Shown piece after piece: positions 35,721 to 49,707 of a stretch of DNA of 64,000 bases. This stretch comes from Sminthopsis crassicaudata (lineage: Eukaryota): NCBI RefSeq assembly GCF_048593235.1, contig NC_133618.1, positions 292,789,882 through 292,853,881 of the forward strand, written 5' to 3'. The position numbers were made by a program, and so were the translations under genes. Within the stretch, counting starts at the first letter, position 1. Each line of letters starts with the position of its first letter. The notes beneath the pieces are model-generated. The model had not been told where the DNA came from and did not search any database. It was given only the letters and a program-made list of their open reading frames with translations.

Positions 35721-36963
35721 ATTGATAATAAATTTTTGATTTGTACACCTATTTTATGTACTAGGGGTTATGTAAAAATTTCTCAGGCAAAAAAGAGGTT
35801 GTGAAATATAGGATCAATTGATGTGACCTTTCTGGGGATCATTGATTCGATACTGTTTCATCAGTTACATATCCTGGTTCTACTTGTTTTCCATGGGTTC
35901 TAGGATATTTTTTAGTTGAGAAAGCAAAGTTGCCTTCAATCCCTAGATATATGCTTCCTGGTCTTTGAACATTGTAATTGTTGGAAGATGTAGAGCTTGA
36001 GGTCTGGCTGGACTTTGCCTTAATACACATAAGCTAATTAGCTCATAAAGGCTAAACATTCATGGCAAAAACATCAATGCAGGGTTGGACTTCCTATGCC
36101 CTTATCAACTCATGTGGGTACTCTCTGTGGCTGTAGAGAAGAGATTTTCCTTATGTAAGGCTAACTGATTTGAATCCATGACCTCGAACTATTACATTGA
36201 CTAGCTCCAAGAAATAGCCTTATCTTATTACTACAGACTCTATTCATGCCTATTCTGTTTTTGCCCTTTTCTTTTTCCCCATAACATGACATATACAGGG
36301 GTCTCCTCTGGGAAAGGTAAAAGAATATGCTTTTTTTAAAAAAAATGTTTTTCCAAATGCATGTAAAAATTTTTAACATTCGTTTTTAAAAATTTTGAGT
36401 TCCAAATTCTTTTCCTCCTTCTTGTCCTCCACCCCATTGAGAAGACAAAATAATTTTTAAAAAATCAATTTTATTTTCAGTTCTGTTTTAAATTTTGTAA
36501 AAGGCACTAGAGCAACATGATAGATAAAAGATGAGCTAGAATTACATTTTATATTCATATTCATATTAAAGAAGTATTATTTTAATTGTCAATAATCATA
36601 CTTGGATTCCATAACTATAAAATCAAATCTGTTTTCTATTTCCTTGTCTCCCGTCTATTACACATTCCCCTCCCTCTTCGTTTGGTCTTGATATTTTAGG
36701 AATGATAGAGAATATCTAAGTTTAGGAAAAAGACTATTTCAGAAGTAAAAAGCACAGAGCTGTCTTGATATAGAAGGGTTTTTTTTTAAACATAAAATTT
36801 TATTTTTCATATTTAGAAATGAGGTTCTCAGACTTCTTTAAGAAGTTTTTACATTTGAATTATGGTCATTTTAATCTAAGATAATGGTCTTGTCCTTTGC
36901 ACCATGCTTCCTCCATTCACTAAGGTAGAGTCTCTGAAGACATTGTTGGAGGTTATCCCTTTT

Positions 36964-37109
36964 NNNNNNNNNNNNNNNNNNNNNNNNNNNNNNNNNNNNN
37001 NNNNNNNNNNNNNNNNNNNNNNNNNNNNNNNNNNNNNNNNNNNNNNNNNNNNNNNNNNNNNNNNNNNNNNNNNNNNNNNNNNNNNNNNNNNNNNNNNNNN
37101 NNNNNNNNN
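36964..37109. other. Assembly gap (146 N)
   Basis: Run of n. Confidence 1.
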
Positions 37110-39799
37110 ACACAAAAAATCAGGTTCCAAAGAAGTCTACAAGACCTATGAGAGCTTTAATCCTTGAAGAAGACCAAATATAATTGAAGAATAGAACCAA
37201 AGTAATCCTTGCAGCATTATCAGCATCTTCTGACATTTTCCTTATGTTTTCTTCCATTATATAATGACTACATATTATCTATGCATAGATCAAATTTTGG
37301 TCCACACCTTTGATTGCAGATATGTTAATTATCACCAGGGGTCAGTGTGAGTCTGTTTTTTAATCAGTCAGGGCTTTTATTGGGTGCCTGTCCTTTGCAG
37401 AACTTGTACTAAGCACTGCCCATGATCCAGAAATCCTCTTGGCTTTGTTACAATTTGAAGTTTAACATTAGTCTATGAAGGTCACTGAGTTGATGGAATT
37501 GCAGTGGACTCTGGGGTCCAGCTTAGTGATGCCTCTGGAGGGGCATGAACTCCTCTGCCAAATACTATTCTTCCTGTACCCTGTTTTATTTGACTTTCCT
37601 GGCCCACCAGCCTCTAAAAGAGGTTACTTTGGGGATCTCCTTAGCATTCTGCTGAGAACCATTGGCGTTCCTTGGATGAATAATTATTTTCATTTAATGG
37701 AATTAAGCTAATTATCTGATTTACCTAAAGTTCAAGGTACAGAGCAGAAAAGGTGAATAACTTGTCTTCCTTATTAACTTTAAATTAGTGGATCTCCTAT
37801 GGGAAAAATACCAGGGTAGAGATAGGAAAATCAGAGAATTGTGCATTTCACTTAACATTAATATTGCTTATGGGGATTCACTTTTAGGAGTTCTTTGCCA
37901 CTTACTGGCTGTTATAGAGACCATTGTTTTGAACCTTTTACTGATGCTCTAATTTATTTATTCTCTATGACAACATTTTAAGAGATTCTCACAGGAATTA
38001 AGGGCTTTTAATATGTTAAGTCAGTCTTCACACAAATCATTTCTGGGGCCAATGAAATTCAGTAGAAGTAAAGAAAATGAACATAATGAAAAGAAAACTA
38101 TAGTTGGAGTCTGGAGAATTGGGTTTGAATGCTGACGCTCATCACTTGCTAGCTGCATAACCTGGGAAGCTGGTTCATCTCTGAGCTTCAGTTTCTAATC
38201 TGTAGAATGGGAATAATATTACATGCACAAGTTAGACCAGATGATTATGGGATTATATTGGTGTGGAAGGACTTTTAAAGGCCATTTAGTCTAGGGAATC
38301 ACTTTGTAAACTGTAAGATGTTTTGTCTATAGACAAAAATGCCTATTATGGCATTCATGGCCTTTAGCATAGTATCTCAGGGTTTCTAGCAAAATTAATT
38401 TTGTCCTTCTTGGAATATGCCTATGGTAGAAAGACAAGGAAATAAAAGGTGAAATAGCTCCAATTATTGCTCTCTGGCAGAGCCATTTCTTAGTTTATTG
38501 GGGTTTCTATTTCAAATCTCAATGTGATATGGTAGAAAGAGTATTAACTTAACCAGGTGATTTAGATTTAGTCTCATTTCTTCCACTGTCACTTGAGCAA
38601 GTCACTTCCTTCCAGAGTTTTTCAGAATTGAAAGATCATCTACTCTTCCTTGTTCCAGAATCATAGACTCTTTTTTTTTTTTTTTAACAGTTAACAAAAA
38701 GAGATTTATTTAATCATATCAAAGGAAATGTATTCCATAAGGATATTAAGAAAGTAAACCACACAGTTCCTTGGCCTCTGCACAGAATCATAGACTCTTA
38801 AAAAAGTTGGAAGGGACTTCTAAGGCCATCTATTTTGGGTTTCATGTAAGAAATAGAAAATTCCCATCAGATCCAAGATTCATACATTTGACTTTTGTTT
38901 TCTCACCTGTAAAATGAAGGATTCAGATTGACATTAGATTTCCTTCCCTTTTTGTGAAGAGGAACAACTTCTTATTTCCCCTAAAAGTCTTGCAATCATT
39001 TGGGGTAAGGAGTAGTATCTTGACAAAGTCCTATGGAGGATGGAGAGAAACATTTAGAGCAAAGATCCTGAATAGGAGAGAGGGTTTTATTTCTGACTTC
39101 ACTCTTTCCTACTGAGAATTGTCTTAAAGAGAGCTGGATGTGGTGAGGCTGAACCATAAAGACTTTGTGGATGATTAAAAACCTCTGTGATTGACTCTAA
39201 ATGAGGTTATCTCTAAGCATCATAGATTTAAGATGGATCACCCCATTTTTCCCAGGAAGAAACTATTGCTTAGAGGAGCTAAGAAAGGTATTTGTCCAAA
39301 GTGACATGGTAACTGGAATTAACACTTGAATCTATGCATTATGACTCCAAATCTCTATGCCATAGTCTCTTCCTTTCAGCTTTTAGATTCTGTGAATAGT
39401 GAGATGCTAGATACCATATTGCATATGGCCTCCCCTCTCAGGTTGCAACTCAGGCTTCCTGTTTATATTTAGATGCTGTAAGAAGAGAAAGAGGAGTTTT
39501 ATTGCCACTGACCCACATTCACATTTAGACTGGTTTTGATGAGTTAAGTGATTGGCTTTCCTTTGATTCTATTTAAAGAGAAGCAGATACTCAGAAGAAT
39601 TGAGCAGTAGATAGTAGAAGAGATTTGAATTAATCCTGTTTTAGCACTTAGAGGCCCTTTAGTTAGGTGGACAACTTGATTTCAGTAAGAAATCTGTGGC
39701 ATCAGTAACCACAGTAGTCCTGGGAGGATCTGAAGAGCACTCAGATATGTGTAGTGTAGAAATTTCAAAGAATAGAGACATTTTACATGACATTCAATA

Positions 39800-40040
39800 T
39801 CATTTGGACAGCACAGTGGATAGAATGCCAGGTCTAGAGTCAAGAAGATTCTAGAGTCAGGAAGACTTCTGTTCCTGAGTTCAAACCTGGCCTTAGACAC
39901 TTCCTAGCTGTGTGACCCTGGACTACTCACATAAGTCTGTTTGCCTCAGTTTCGTCTTCTGTAAAATGATCTGGAGATGGAAATAGCAAAGCATTTTATT
40001 TTCTTTGCCAAAAATCCCTGCAAATGACATAATAAAGATT
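39800..40040 (+). mobile_element. RTE-tailed CORE-SINE (Mar1-like)
   Basis: gcacagtggatagaatgccagg...cctgagttcaaacctggcc...gcctcagtttcgtcttctgtaaaatgatctggagatggaaatagcaaa. Confidence 0.8.
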
Positions 40041-41603
40041 GAAAAAACCAATGATGACAATATGATTTAAAATGTGGGTTGAGGGATAGGAGAGATTTGA
40101 ATACTGTGTTTTTAAGAAGTCCAAAGTTAGGCTTTTAATTCTTTAAGTTTCTTTTGAAAATAAATATGAAGCTCTGATGTTTGCTGTAGAGAAAGTGCTT
40201 GGTCCTGGGAGAAGATAAAAAGTTTAGGAAACCTCATTCAGCTTATGGTCTTTTGGGGGGAGAATGAGCCAAAAACAATAATCATTGAAAGAGAAGCTGC
40301 ATTATAGGATAAAATAAAGCAGAGTTCCTTAGGAAGTTAGGAAGGATTTGTTGGAGGTCCTTCAAGTCAGGATGTGTTTTATTAGGTTAAATATTCTTTA
40401 GAATGGGCTTTAGAATGTTGGGACTAAGAACTAAGTTTTAATAGAATGAAGTCCTATCTCACACAGTGACAAATTTATGGACTTTATTGTCCATTTAGTT
40501 AGGCTAAGCTAAAAGTATATATAGGATCAAAACCAAATAATTGTAGAGATGGTGACTTTGTAATAGATTGCATAGAGATGGTAGTAGAATTCTTGGGCTG
40601 ATGGTGACACACCCATTTTTAGGGAGGTGTATAGTGAGTGATGATCTGCAAAGGAGCCTGAGAAAGACCAGCCAGATAGGTATAAGGGGAGCGGTTCCAC
40701 AGAAATCCAGGGAGGGGAGAGTGTTTGTAAAGGTCAAGTGTGCCAAAATGCGGCAGAATCAAGGGAAGGATAGAGAAAAAGCCGTGGCAGTCACTGTTGG
40801 CCTTGGCCAGATCATCTCTAGGTTGGGGATCATGTCAGAAGCTATGCTGCCAGGAGCTGAGAAGAGGGTGAGCACAGAGAGCCGAACAGTGGTCATGATC
40901 CTTGGGCTTCAGCAGCTTGCAGGACATCAGGACATTCACCCTGTTTTATGTTGTGGCCACTGCTGTTCCTGATGATCTTTTTAAGGCCTACAGACCTTGT
41001 TTATTCCAGTTTTTTCAGGAGTTGGAATGAAGCACTTGCTAACTTGAATTCATGAAAGATAGCTAGATGCTCTCTTACAGTCTCCTTATCAGTTAATCAA
41101 CAGGTAATTTGTTAAGTCTATTATTTGTTAGATGCTAGGATAGGCATAGGAATTCGGAGACAAAAATGATTATTTATCTTTGTTGATCATAAGAGAACCT
41201 TAGTTAAGATAACATAAGATCAAACTGCTACTAGCTTCACTCACTTAAAACTGTATTAGTAAGGAGGCAGTTGATACAAAGGATTAATTAGTATAAAAAA
41301 ATAAAAGACATATTCCTAAGGGTTTTCTTGATGGCACTTAATTACCACTTCCCACTTTATGATTTTTAATTGTCTTTTTCTTAGCTGAGGATATTGTTGA
41401 TTATAGTCAGTCCTTCAGTCTGATAAGGAGTCTATTAGATTTTAGTGGAATTAGTTGGAATAACTTTGCCTCCCTGACAGTATTGATCCTCAGCATTTGA
41501 AAATGTAGAGATTTGGTCAGGAGAGAGCTTGTGACTTCCTTGTTAATCTGAAATGAAAATTCTCTGGGGCAGAGCCTAGTAAATTAGGTCTCTGCTTTTA
41601 TTC

Positions 41604-41733
41604 NNNNNNNNNNNNNNNNNNNNNNNNNNNNNNNNNNNNNNNNNNNNNNNNNNNNNNNNNNNNNNNNNNNNNNNNNNNNNNNNNNNNNNNNNNNNNNNNN
41701 NNNNNNNNNNNNNNNNNNNNNNNNNNNNNNNNN
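41604..41733. other. Assembly gap (130 N)
   Basis: Run of n, directly next to a SINE tail. Confidence 1.
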
Positions 41734-41817
41734 TAAGTCACTTGCCCAGGAAGTGTTAAGTGTCTGAGGTCAAATTTGTACTCTGGTGCTCTATCCACTG
41801 AGCGACCCAGCTGCCCC
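41734..41817 (-). mobile_element. Partial WSINE1-like SINE next to the gap
   Basis: taagtcacttgcccagg...aagtgtctgaggtcaaatttg...tgctctatccactgagcgacccagctgcccc. Confidence 0.8.
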
Positions 41818-42080
41818 TTCTACCAGTAAATCCAAGGGATTGATGATTGTAGTAATCCTTATACATTATGTTTGAATATAGCACTTTAAAAATTACAGCA
41901 CTTCCACATAATTAGTGTGTTTGATCCTTGTAACAAATACTTTGGGGAGTAGTCTTGGCAAGGATTGTATGGATTTAACAGATGAGGAAATTGAGACTCA
42001 CAAGAAATTACATAGTTTGTAAATTCATACAGTTGAATCAAGAGAAAATCAAGTCAGCAGATTTTACTGTTATGTGCTGG

Positions 42081-42515
42081 GCCATTTCCCAATTGATAAA
42101 TGGTCAAAAAATATGAACTGGCAATTTTCAAATAGAGGAATCAGAACTATATGTAATCATATGAAAAAGTGTTCTAAATTGCTTTTGATTAGAAAAATGT
42201 AAATTAAAACAATGCTGAAATACCACCTCCTATGGCTCAGGTTGGCCAATATGAGAAAAAAAGGAAAGTGATAAATGTTGGAGAGGATGTGGGAAAATTG
42301 GAACACTAATGCATTTTTAGTAGAATTGTGAACTGATCCAAACATTCTGGAGAATGACTTATATTCTTATAAATTTGACTCAGTTGGATATATATTTGAG
42401 AAATGAGGCCTAAAACAAAGACATTTGCTGTAAAGATTGTTTCCCAGCTTTTTCTTTTCCTTCTAATCTTGGTTGCATTAATTTTGTTTGGTCAAAAGTT
42501 TTAAAATTTAATATA
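42081..42515. mobile_element. L1 ORF2 fragment with an internal inversion
   Basis: 42081-42353 is plus-strand ORF2 (PIDKWSK...ILE); 42348-42515 is the directly upstream ORF2 segment on the minus strand. Confidence 0.8.
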
Positions 42516-44107
42516 AAAAACAAGGATTGCACAACTATCTCAAAATGACATATATTCCACCATTAAAGAAGCTTCCCACTCCAGAAAATCTGGCCCATTA
42601 AGTTTCACAACTGAGATATTGAATTGATATGTTCTGACTCCAGATTGAAAGTTTTAACATTCTTTTAATCGTACCGCAGCAGCTGATTGTCCCCAAAGAT
42701 TCCAGGTGTAGATAACATTAATTTATTAAATTATTGTTCATGCATGTCATATCTCTGACATTTCAAAAGACACATCATGTTTTGCATGAATTTCTTCAGG
42801 ATATTCATTTTGGACGTTAATCATTGTATAGGACTTTAGTACCCTAAAAAAAATCTTTGGCCAAAAAGTTTGTTGGGTATGATGGCAGTGTTCAAGGTGA
42901 CAACTTCTTTATTAAAAAAAAAAAATGGGCATGTTCAAATACTACATAATTTCTTGATGAAATCCAAGTTCATCTGGCTACTTTAATAGCCTTTTAATAA
43001 TAGTAGTTAATAACTAAGATCATTTCCTTCTGCATCTGGTACTCTTATGAATCTCTTAGTTTTTTGCTTTTAGAATTGGCATAAATAGTTTAAAATACCG
43101 TTATTGAACTATTAGACAGCAAAGAGATTGGACAAAATTATTGCTCATTTTTTGTTATACTTAAATTGTTCTTAACTGAACTGCCCAAATTAGCTTGTTT
43201 CCTTATCTCTTTGTCATAAAAGTAAAGTTCATATATAAAACTAGTAATAATGCATTATTATTTATGAACCATTTTCTCCATAATAACCTAATGGGGAAGT
43301 TAGTCAAGGCATATTATTCCATGTTTCAGGTGAAGAATTCTAAATTCATTGAGTTAAAAATGATTTTCTATCCATTTGTTGACTCATCAGTTAATTTGTG
43401 TAGATTATATATTTATTAACATTTGTATGTATTTTGGATGTATGTATATAAATGTTGTTTTCGCTAGGTATGTTATAAGTCCTCGGGTCTAGAAGAATTC
43501 ACTTTGTTTTTTATAGCTCCAGAATTTAAAAATGACAGCATTTGTTGCATAAGGAGATCTTAATAAATGCTTAGTGATTGATTGAGTAATTGAAGATTTG
43601 AGATGTTAGAGTTATCCTTCTGGTGGTAATTCTTTTGAGTTCTGTTTTATATATCTGAAATATTTTGGGATTTATCTAGACAATATTTTTAAGCATTTAG
43701 AGTTGTGGTCATTTCTGTTTTATTTGCAATACACTGCTCTTTTCTTATTCTTATATCTGAGTGGTATCTTCATAAATTAATCCATTCATACAGTTATCAA
43801 TCTGTTTTTTGAAGGTGTTGATTTCACCACATGGAAATGTGGCTTATTAAGATACTTTCTCTATACAGTTTGTGAAATTTTTCTCCTTTAAAAAACAACA
43901 TCAACAACAACAAAAAATAAAACAAAGCTTGTTTCTTGTTTTCCTTTCACCAAACCTTACTTAGGTGGGATCTTCAGTAAGAGAGCTCTTCCTCTGACTG
44001 CTCATGAGACAAGGGACCCTGAGTTTTCCTACTGTCTGGGACATCATTACTGATAAGTCTTTCATAGACAACATCTTGATTCAATTTTGTGACTTTCTTC
44101 ATTTCAG

Positions 44108-44238
44108 GTCTTTGTTTAGAGAAGTTGCCAATTTCCTCGTCTGCTAGTAATCTTCATGTAGATCGGGAGCAAGATATCATTACCTGCTATGAGAAGGCAG
44201 GGGACATTGCTCTCCTTTACCTCCAGGAGATTGAAAGG
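44108..44238 (+). CDS. TTC7B: TTC7B coding exon 4 (131 nt)
   Basis: atttcag|GT CTT...GAA AGG|gtgagt; (G)LCLEKLPISSSASNLHVDREQDIITCYEKAGDIALLYLQEIER. Confidence 0.97.
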
Positions 44239-44653
44239 GTGAGTGAAAATGATTTGTCCATTTGGCATGAACTTTCTATGCTCAGGTTAAAGAGGAGGAG
44301 AATCTAAGCAAACATTTATTAATGTATTATTAATGTATTAATGTATTTATTAATGTATTATTAACTGTATTTTACTGTTCTGTCCTTTATTCTTCTACCT
44401 GTAAAACAATGACATGGGTACCTATGGAAATAGTGCTGGACATAAAATCAGAATAAGGCCTTGATATTGGTTGTGATTCAGCTTGTTAGTAGCTGTGTGA
44501 CATTTGGAAATCACTTAATCTCTTAGATCTTCATTCCTCTCATCTGCAAAATTGTAGTGTTGTCTAAGTACAGGGGTTCTTCATGGGTCTGTGAACTTGT
44601 CTTTTTAAAATTGTTTTTCAGTATAATGAGTTTTCTTTAAAAACATGATTCTG

Positions 44654-44835
44654 GGGGGCAGCTAGGTGGCACAGCCTTGAATTCAGGAGGACCCGAGTTC
44701 ATATTTGGTCTCAGACACTTAACACTTATTAGCCGTGTGACCCTGGGCAAGTCACTTAACCCCAGCCTATCTATCTATCTGTCTGTCTGTCTATCTATCT
44801 ATATATGTAAATAAAAATAAAATGATAATAAAAAT
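44654..44835 (+). mobile_element. WSINE1-like SINE with (CTAT/CTGT)n tail and TSD
   Basis: 15-bp TSD AAAAACATGATTCTG at 44639-44653 and 44836-44850; deletion in the tRNA-like head. Confidence 0.9.
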
Positions 44836-45809
44836 AAAAACATGATTCTGAGAAGGAGCAGGTACAGAATGCATCAGATAAATCACAAAACTTAAGTTTT
44901 ATGAAAGTCAGAAGTTCCCTTGGAAGAATGAGGATTGTTCTTGATTTACAGTTTTTAAAGTGTGACTTTTATTGTCATTCTCAATGCATCAGGGTCTTCA
45001 TTTATATAAGGGGAATAACCTAATTATTTCAACTTAATACTGCAAGCATATAACCAGTATCTGCTATGGATTAAAAATTACGAGGTAGGTACTGGGGAGA
45101 GAAAGGCAAAAATAAAGCTTGACTTCATTGGACTGTGTTGACATTAATGCAAGTTGTTTTTAAGAGTCCTGATATGAAAGTTTGTATTAGTCTGGTTATT
45201 TAGATATTTAGATATTTAGAAGTGATCTCTTAAAGAGAAGAAAAGATTTCTTTAAATAAATGCTGCATTTTTCTCTACTATTAAATCTAATAAATCAAAT
45301 TAGGTAGATTAGGTAGTACAGAATTTATTATGACATATTTATGACTTTGATTAATATATGCTCAGAAGTGACATTATGTCAAAAGTAAATAGTTGTCACT
45401 TCTGAAAGAAATTTCTGCTTGTATATTTCTATTAATAAAGATGATTTAAAATTTACATATCTTCTCATGGATCTTGCTTTTAGCAGATGACATCATCCTG
45501 TCTTTGTCTTCTATGAATATCAGTTAATAAGTCAGTTATGACTTTCTTCAGCATGATTTGAACCAGATATATAGAAGTTTTGATTTCTGCTCATAGTTTT
45601 TTTTTTTTTTTTTTTTTTACTCTCTATTTTGGGTGTGGGGGGAAGTTAATATTTATTTGTAATATTTTTGGTGTCTCTTGTCTGGAGAATAAACAGCAGG
45701 TACAAATTATTGCAGTATCCAGGAAAAAGAGTTCCCAATAGGTAACTGATCTGAAGATCTTCCCTCTATTTGATACTTATTATGTGTCCATTTGACATTT
45801 ATCTCAGAA

Positions 45810-45824
45810 CAGAAGTTCTTAACC

Positions 45825-45858
<34 letters not shown>

Positions 45859-45990
45859 TGTAATGGTTCCCTTTGACAATGTATAATAGCCAATTCTTTT
45901 TCAGAATGGTGTTTTTTCTTTGCAAACAATTAAATATATAGGGTTATAAAGGAAATTGATTATATTTAAGTTTAGTTATCAAAACATCAA
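45810..45990. mobile_element. Old hAT-Charlie-like MITE fragment
   Basis: cagaagttcttaacctttttt...gtgtgtaatgg...ggaaattgattatatt...gttatcaaaa. Confidence 0.5.
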
Positions 45991-46468
45991 AACAAGCAAG
46001 TGCACTAATAGCATGTACAGCATACTCTTCTTCCCCTCTCTTAAGAATTTTTCTTCCCTTTAGTCCAACAATCAGGTGTCTTTAGATGAAACAAATGAAA
46101 CCCTGAGAGATTGTCACTTCTCTGGTAAGGGTCAGGTAGCATGACTAGAAGCACAGAAGACAGGGTAATGCCAAGTGAACCAGCTATATTAAAATATAAA
46201 CTATAAATTAAAAGACAAACTATAAATTCACAGATCTCGGGGGAAAAAACTTGTGCCTTATGGTAAAATATACTGGAGAATTTAGAAGTTGTTTTACATG
46301 TAAGGTCACCTTGTAATCTGAGTTCAGAATCAAGAGATTATATAAAAAGGTCTCAAAGGACTGAGTGACCATTGAAGGCCCATTTATCATCTTGGTGTTT
46401 TAGTGTGTATGAAGATTAGAGTGTGAAGAAAAGAACTGATGGCATCTGAATAAAGACCAAAGCATACA

Positions 46469-46580
46469 ATTTTTCTTTTCTTCCTTCCTTTTTCCTTTCT
46501 TCTCTTTCGCTCTTATATCCTTTTCCCCTTTCTTTTTTTCTCCCTTTCTCTCTCTCTTCTTCTCCCCACCTCTCTTTCTT
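46469..46580. repeat. Polypyrimidine low-complexity tract
   Basis: ~110 bp almost entirely C/T on the plus strand. Confidence 0.85.
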
Positions 46581-47319
46581 GCCACTACTATGACAATTTT
46601 CTTCCTACTAAACTTTTCCCTACTCATTATAATTAAAAAAAAAAAAAAAACAGAAAACACAGTCAAGCAAAATATATTGGTTTTGTCGTTACTTTGAATC
46701 CATTACCTCTCTCTCAGGAGCTATGTAACATTCTTAACCTTTGGTCCTTTGTAGTCCTTTTTGATCAGAGTTCTTTAGTTTTATAGAGTTATAGAGTGTT
46801 GTAGTCAGTGAATAAATTGTTTTCTAATTTTGCTCACTTTACTCTGCATTAATTTGTAAAAATGATCTCAGGTTTCACTATATCCATCTCTTTCATCATT
46901 TCTCACAGTATAGTAAATATCCCATTATATTTGTATATCATACTTTGTCAGCTATTCCCTTATTGATGGGGCTTTATGATCTAAACTTTTTTTTCTCACA
47001 AAAATATTAGGTAATACAAGTATTGTAAATTCACATTTTGTAGATGAAGAGGCTGAGAAAGTTAAGTGATTTGCTTACAATCACACCACTCATAAGTCAT
47101 GTTATTAGCAGAGCTGGGGCTTAAAACCAGAAATTTTGGTTCAAAGTCCAGGGCACCTTCTATAACATTTAGCTGCCTGTTTTTAAGACTTCAGGATATC
47201 TGTTATATTTTGGATTTGATCAATAATGGGAATTTTGGAAAGCTCCATTACTTGTCTCCAAAAAGTGAGTTCTTTCTTAATAGAGGTATTCAAATAGAGA
47301 CTGGATAACTGTCTACTAT

Positions 47320-47540
47320 AGGGTAGCTAGGGGATACAATGGACAGTGCCCTGGAGTCAGAAAGGCTCCTTCCTGAGTTTAATCTGGTCTCAAACATTTT
47401 ATACCTGTGTGACTACAGGGAAGTCACTTAGCCCTATTTGCTTCAGTTTCCTCATCTGAAAAATGAGCAGGGAAGAAAATGGCAAATGCTTCAATATCTT
47501 TGCCAAGGAAATGCCAGAGTTGGACACAACTGAACCCACT
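47320..47540 (+). mobile_element. RTE-tailed CORE-SINE (Mar1-like)
   Basis: gcttcagtttcctcatctgaaaaatgagc...aatggcaaatgcttcaatatctttgccaagg...ggacacaactgaac. Confidence 0.75.
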
Positions 47541-49668
47541 TTTTGAAGATGAGATATTTATTTCAGATAAAAGCTTAAATAGATGCTGCTTGGGTACTTT
47601 TCAACTTTGAGATTCCCTACTTAAAAAAAATCTTTGATGCAATTGGATTAAATGCTATTCTTGTCTTAAATACATATTTAGAGACTTAGGATAAGAGATA
47701 TTTGTATATGTGTGTTTCTCAGTTTGGCAGGTAGGTGGTCCATTAAATAGAAAGCTATTCCTGAAGTCAGGAAGAACTTAGTGCCTATCTGGCCTCCGGC
47801 ACTTACTGACTCTGTGACCCTGAGCAAATCACTCTTGTCTGCCTCTAATAGCACCCACTTTCCAAGCTTGCTGTGAAGATCAAATGAGATACTATTTGCA
47901 CAATATCTGAGATAATATTTTTGCTTAATGTGTCTTCACTCCTTCATATTCTTCCTCTTGAATGTTGCTTCTGGTTTTTAGGACAAATGTTTTCCTGATT
48001 GGTCCAGAAATTCTTTTGTTAAAATTCCAATAGATTCTTCTACAAGGAAATGTCAGCCAGTGAATGAGAAATGCTGAGGGTTACTTTCCTTGAATGGCTC
48101 TCAGAATTGATTATGTTTGCCTTGTGATGTTACTTCTCCGTTATATAATATATAATTCTCCATTATATATTAAAAGGCATCTTGAACCTTTTAGCTTACA
48201 AATTTAAATCAATTTGCTTACTGCCATGAACAGTGATAAATCCTTTTACTCATCTATATTGATAGTTTTTAAATTAAAAATTTTTTATTCTGAACTTAAA
48301 TGCACAAAAGAAACATTTCCATACTCAAAACATAATGCAAAATAGAGATTCTTGAATCTCTCTTTCATAATTATTAATTTAAAAAAAGATATATAATAAA
48401 TTTTACACATTACTTCTAAAACCATCCTGGTTATCTGTACTCCTGCATTTCCTTCTCTTCTTTGAAGTAAAAGATGTTTCAGTGGCCCTTTTTTCCTGGT
48501 ATTGTTTGTAATCCTCTATCTCTCCTCAACTTCCCAGCAAACAGAGAAAACAAAACAAAACAAAACAAAAATTAAGTTCTGGTGCAAATGACTGGAGTCA
48601 TTTAAATTAAATTCACACAGTAGTTGTGTCCAAAAACTGTATATTTCTGGGTCCATCACCCTTCTGTCAGGTAGTGGGTAAAATGTTTCATGGTTGCTCT
48701 GGAGACATGACTGGTCATTGCTTTGATCAAAAAAAATTTTTTTTTTAACAATATAGTATGATTTTTATTAAGAACCTCTTTTTCTCAATGAGAGGAAGAT
48801 TGGAAAACTGAATTCTGTTTTCTTGTAATTCATTTCAGTCACTTAGATCGACTCATTGTTTTCTTGAAATTGGATTTGACTTTTAGAAGTTAGGTAATAA
48901 AAAGTGCACTTGTGTAGATATGTAAAAATATGAATCTTTCTTTTTTTTTTGGTCATTTTTTTCTACATTGAAATGTAAAATAGTTATCCAGCTTTAAAAT
49001 GGAAACAACTACTCATGTAAAGTCTATTCAGCATTCCAGGAGTTTTCCTCTTTATCTCAATATTGGGTAGCCACTAATGAAGGTTGGGGCTTGTCTAAAA
49101 TTCAGCTTTAACTCTTAAAAAAATAGCTTTTAATTTTTCAAAATATATGCAAAAATAGTTTTAAACAGTCACCCTTGCAAAACTTTATGTTCCAAACTTT
49201 CTCTTCTAAATAGCAAGTAATCTAATACAGGTTAAACATGTTTCTATACATAATTCCACATTTATCATGCTGCACAAGAAAAATTTGATCAGAATTCTTA
49301 GATCCTTTAAATATCTTGTCTTTATCATGTGATTGTTCTTGTATAAATTTTTTCTTTGTTATGCTTATTTCACTTCATATTGCCCATATTTCCAGTTCAT
49401 ACTGCCTAGAATTCTTTGAAATCATATTTTTCATCATTCTTTACAATGCAGTAATATTTCATTAAAACATTTATTTACCATGATTTATTTGTTGGGATTC
49501 TTCACTTTATTTATAGTTTGTTTCAAATTTTTTAAAAACTTTGTTCCAATTAAGAGGTAATCCAAGGTACATCCTTAGCTTCTTCCTTCTTTTTGTCCCT
49601 CCTCTCCCCAGTTTTTCTCTACCTGTGAGCATGGACACATTTGCTGCTGCTTTCTGGGTCTATGTATT

Positions 49669-49670
<2 letters not shown>

Positions 49671-49707
<37 letters not shown>

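Noticed and set aside
36871-37167. ORFs spanning N runs (also 41598-41798)
   Set aside because: Artefacts of translating assembly gaps
40568-40972. 134-aa ORF
   Set aside because: No recognisable domain or splice signals; overlaps purine-rich L2-like sequence; most likely chance
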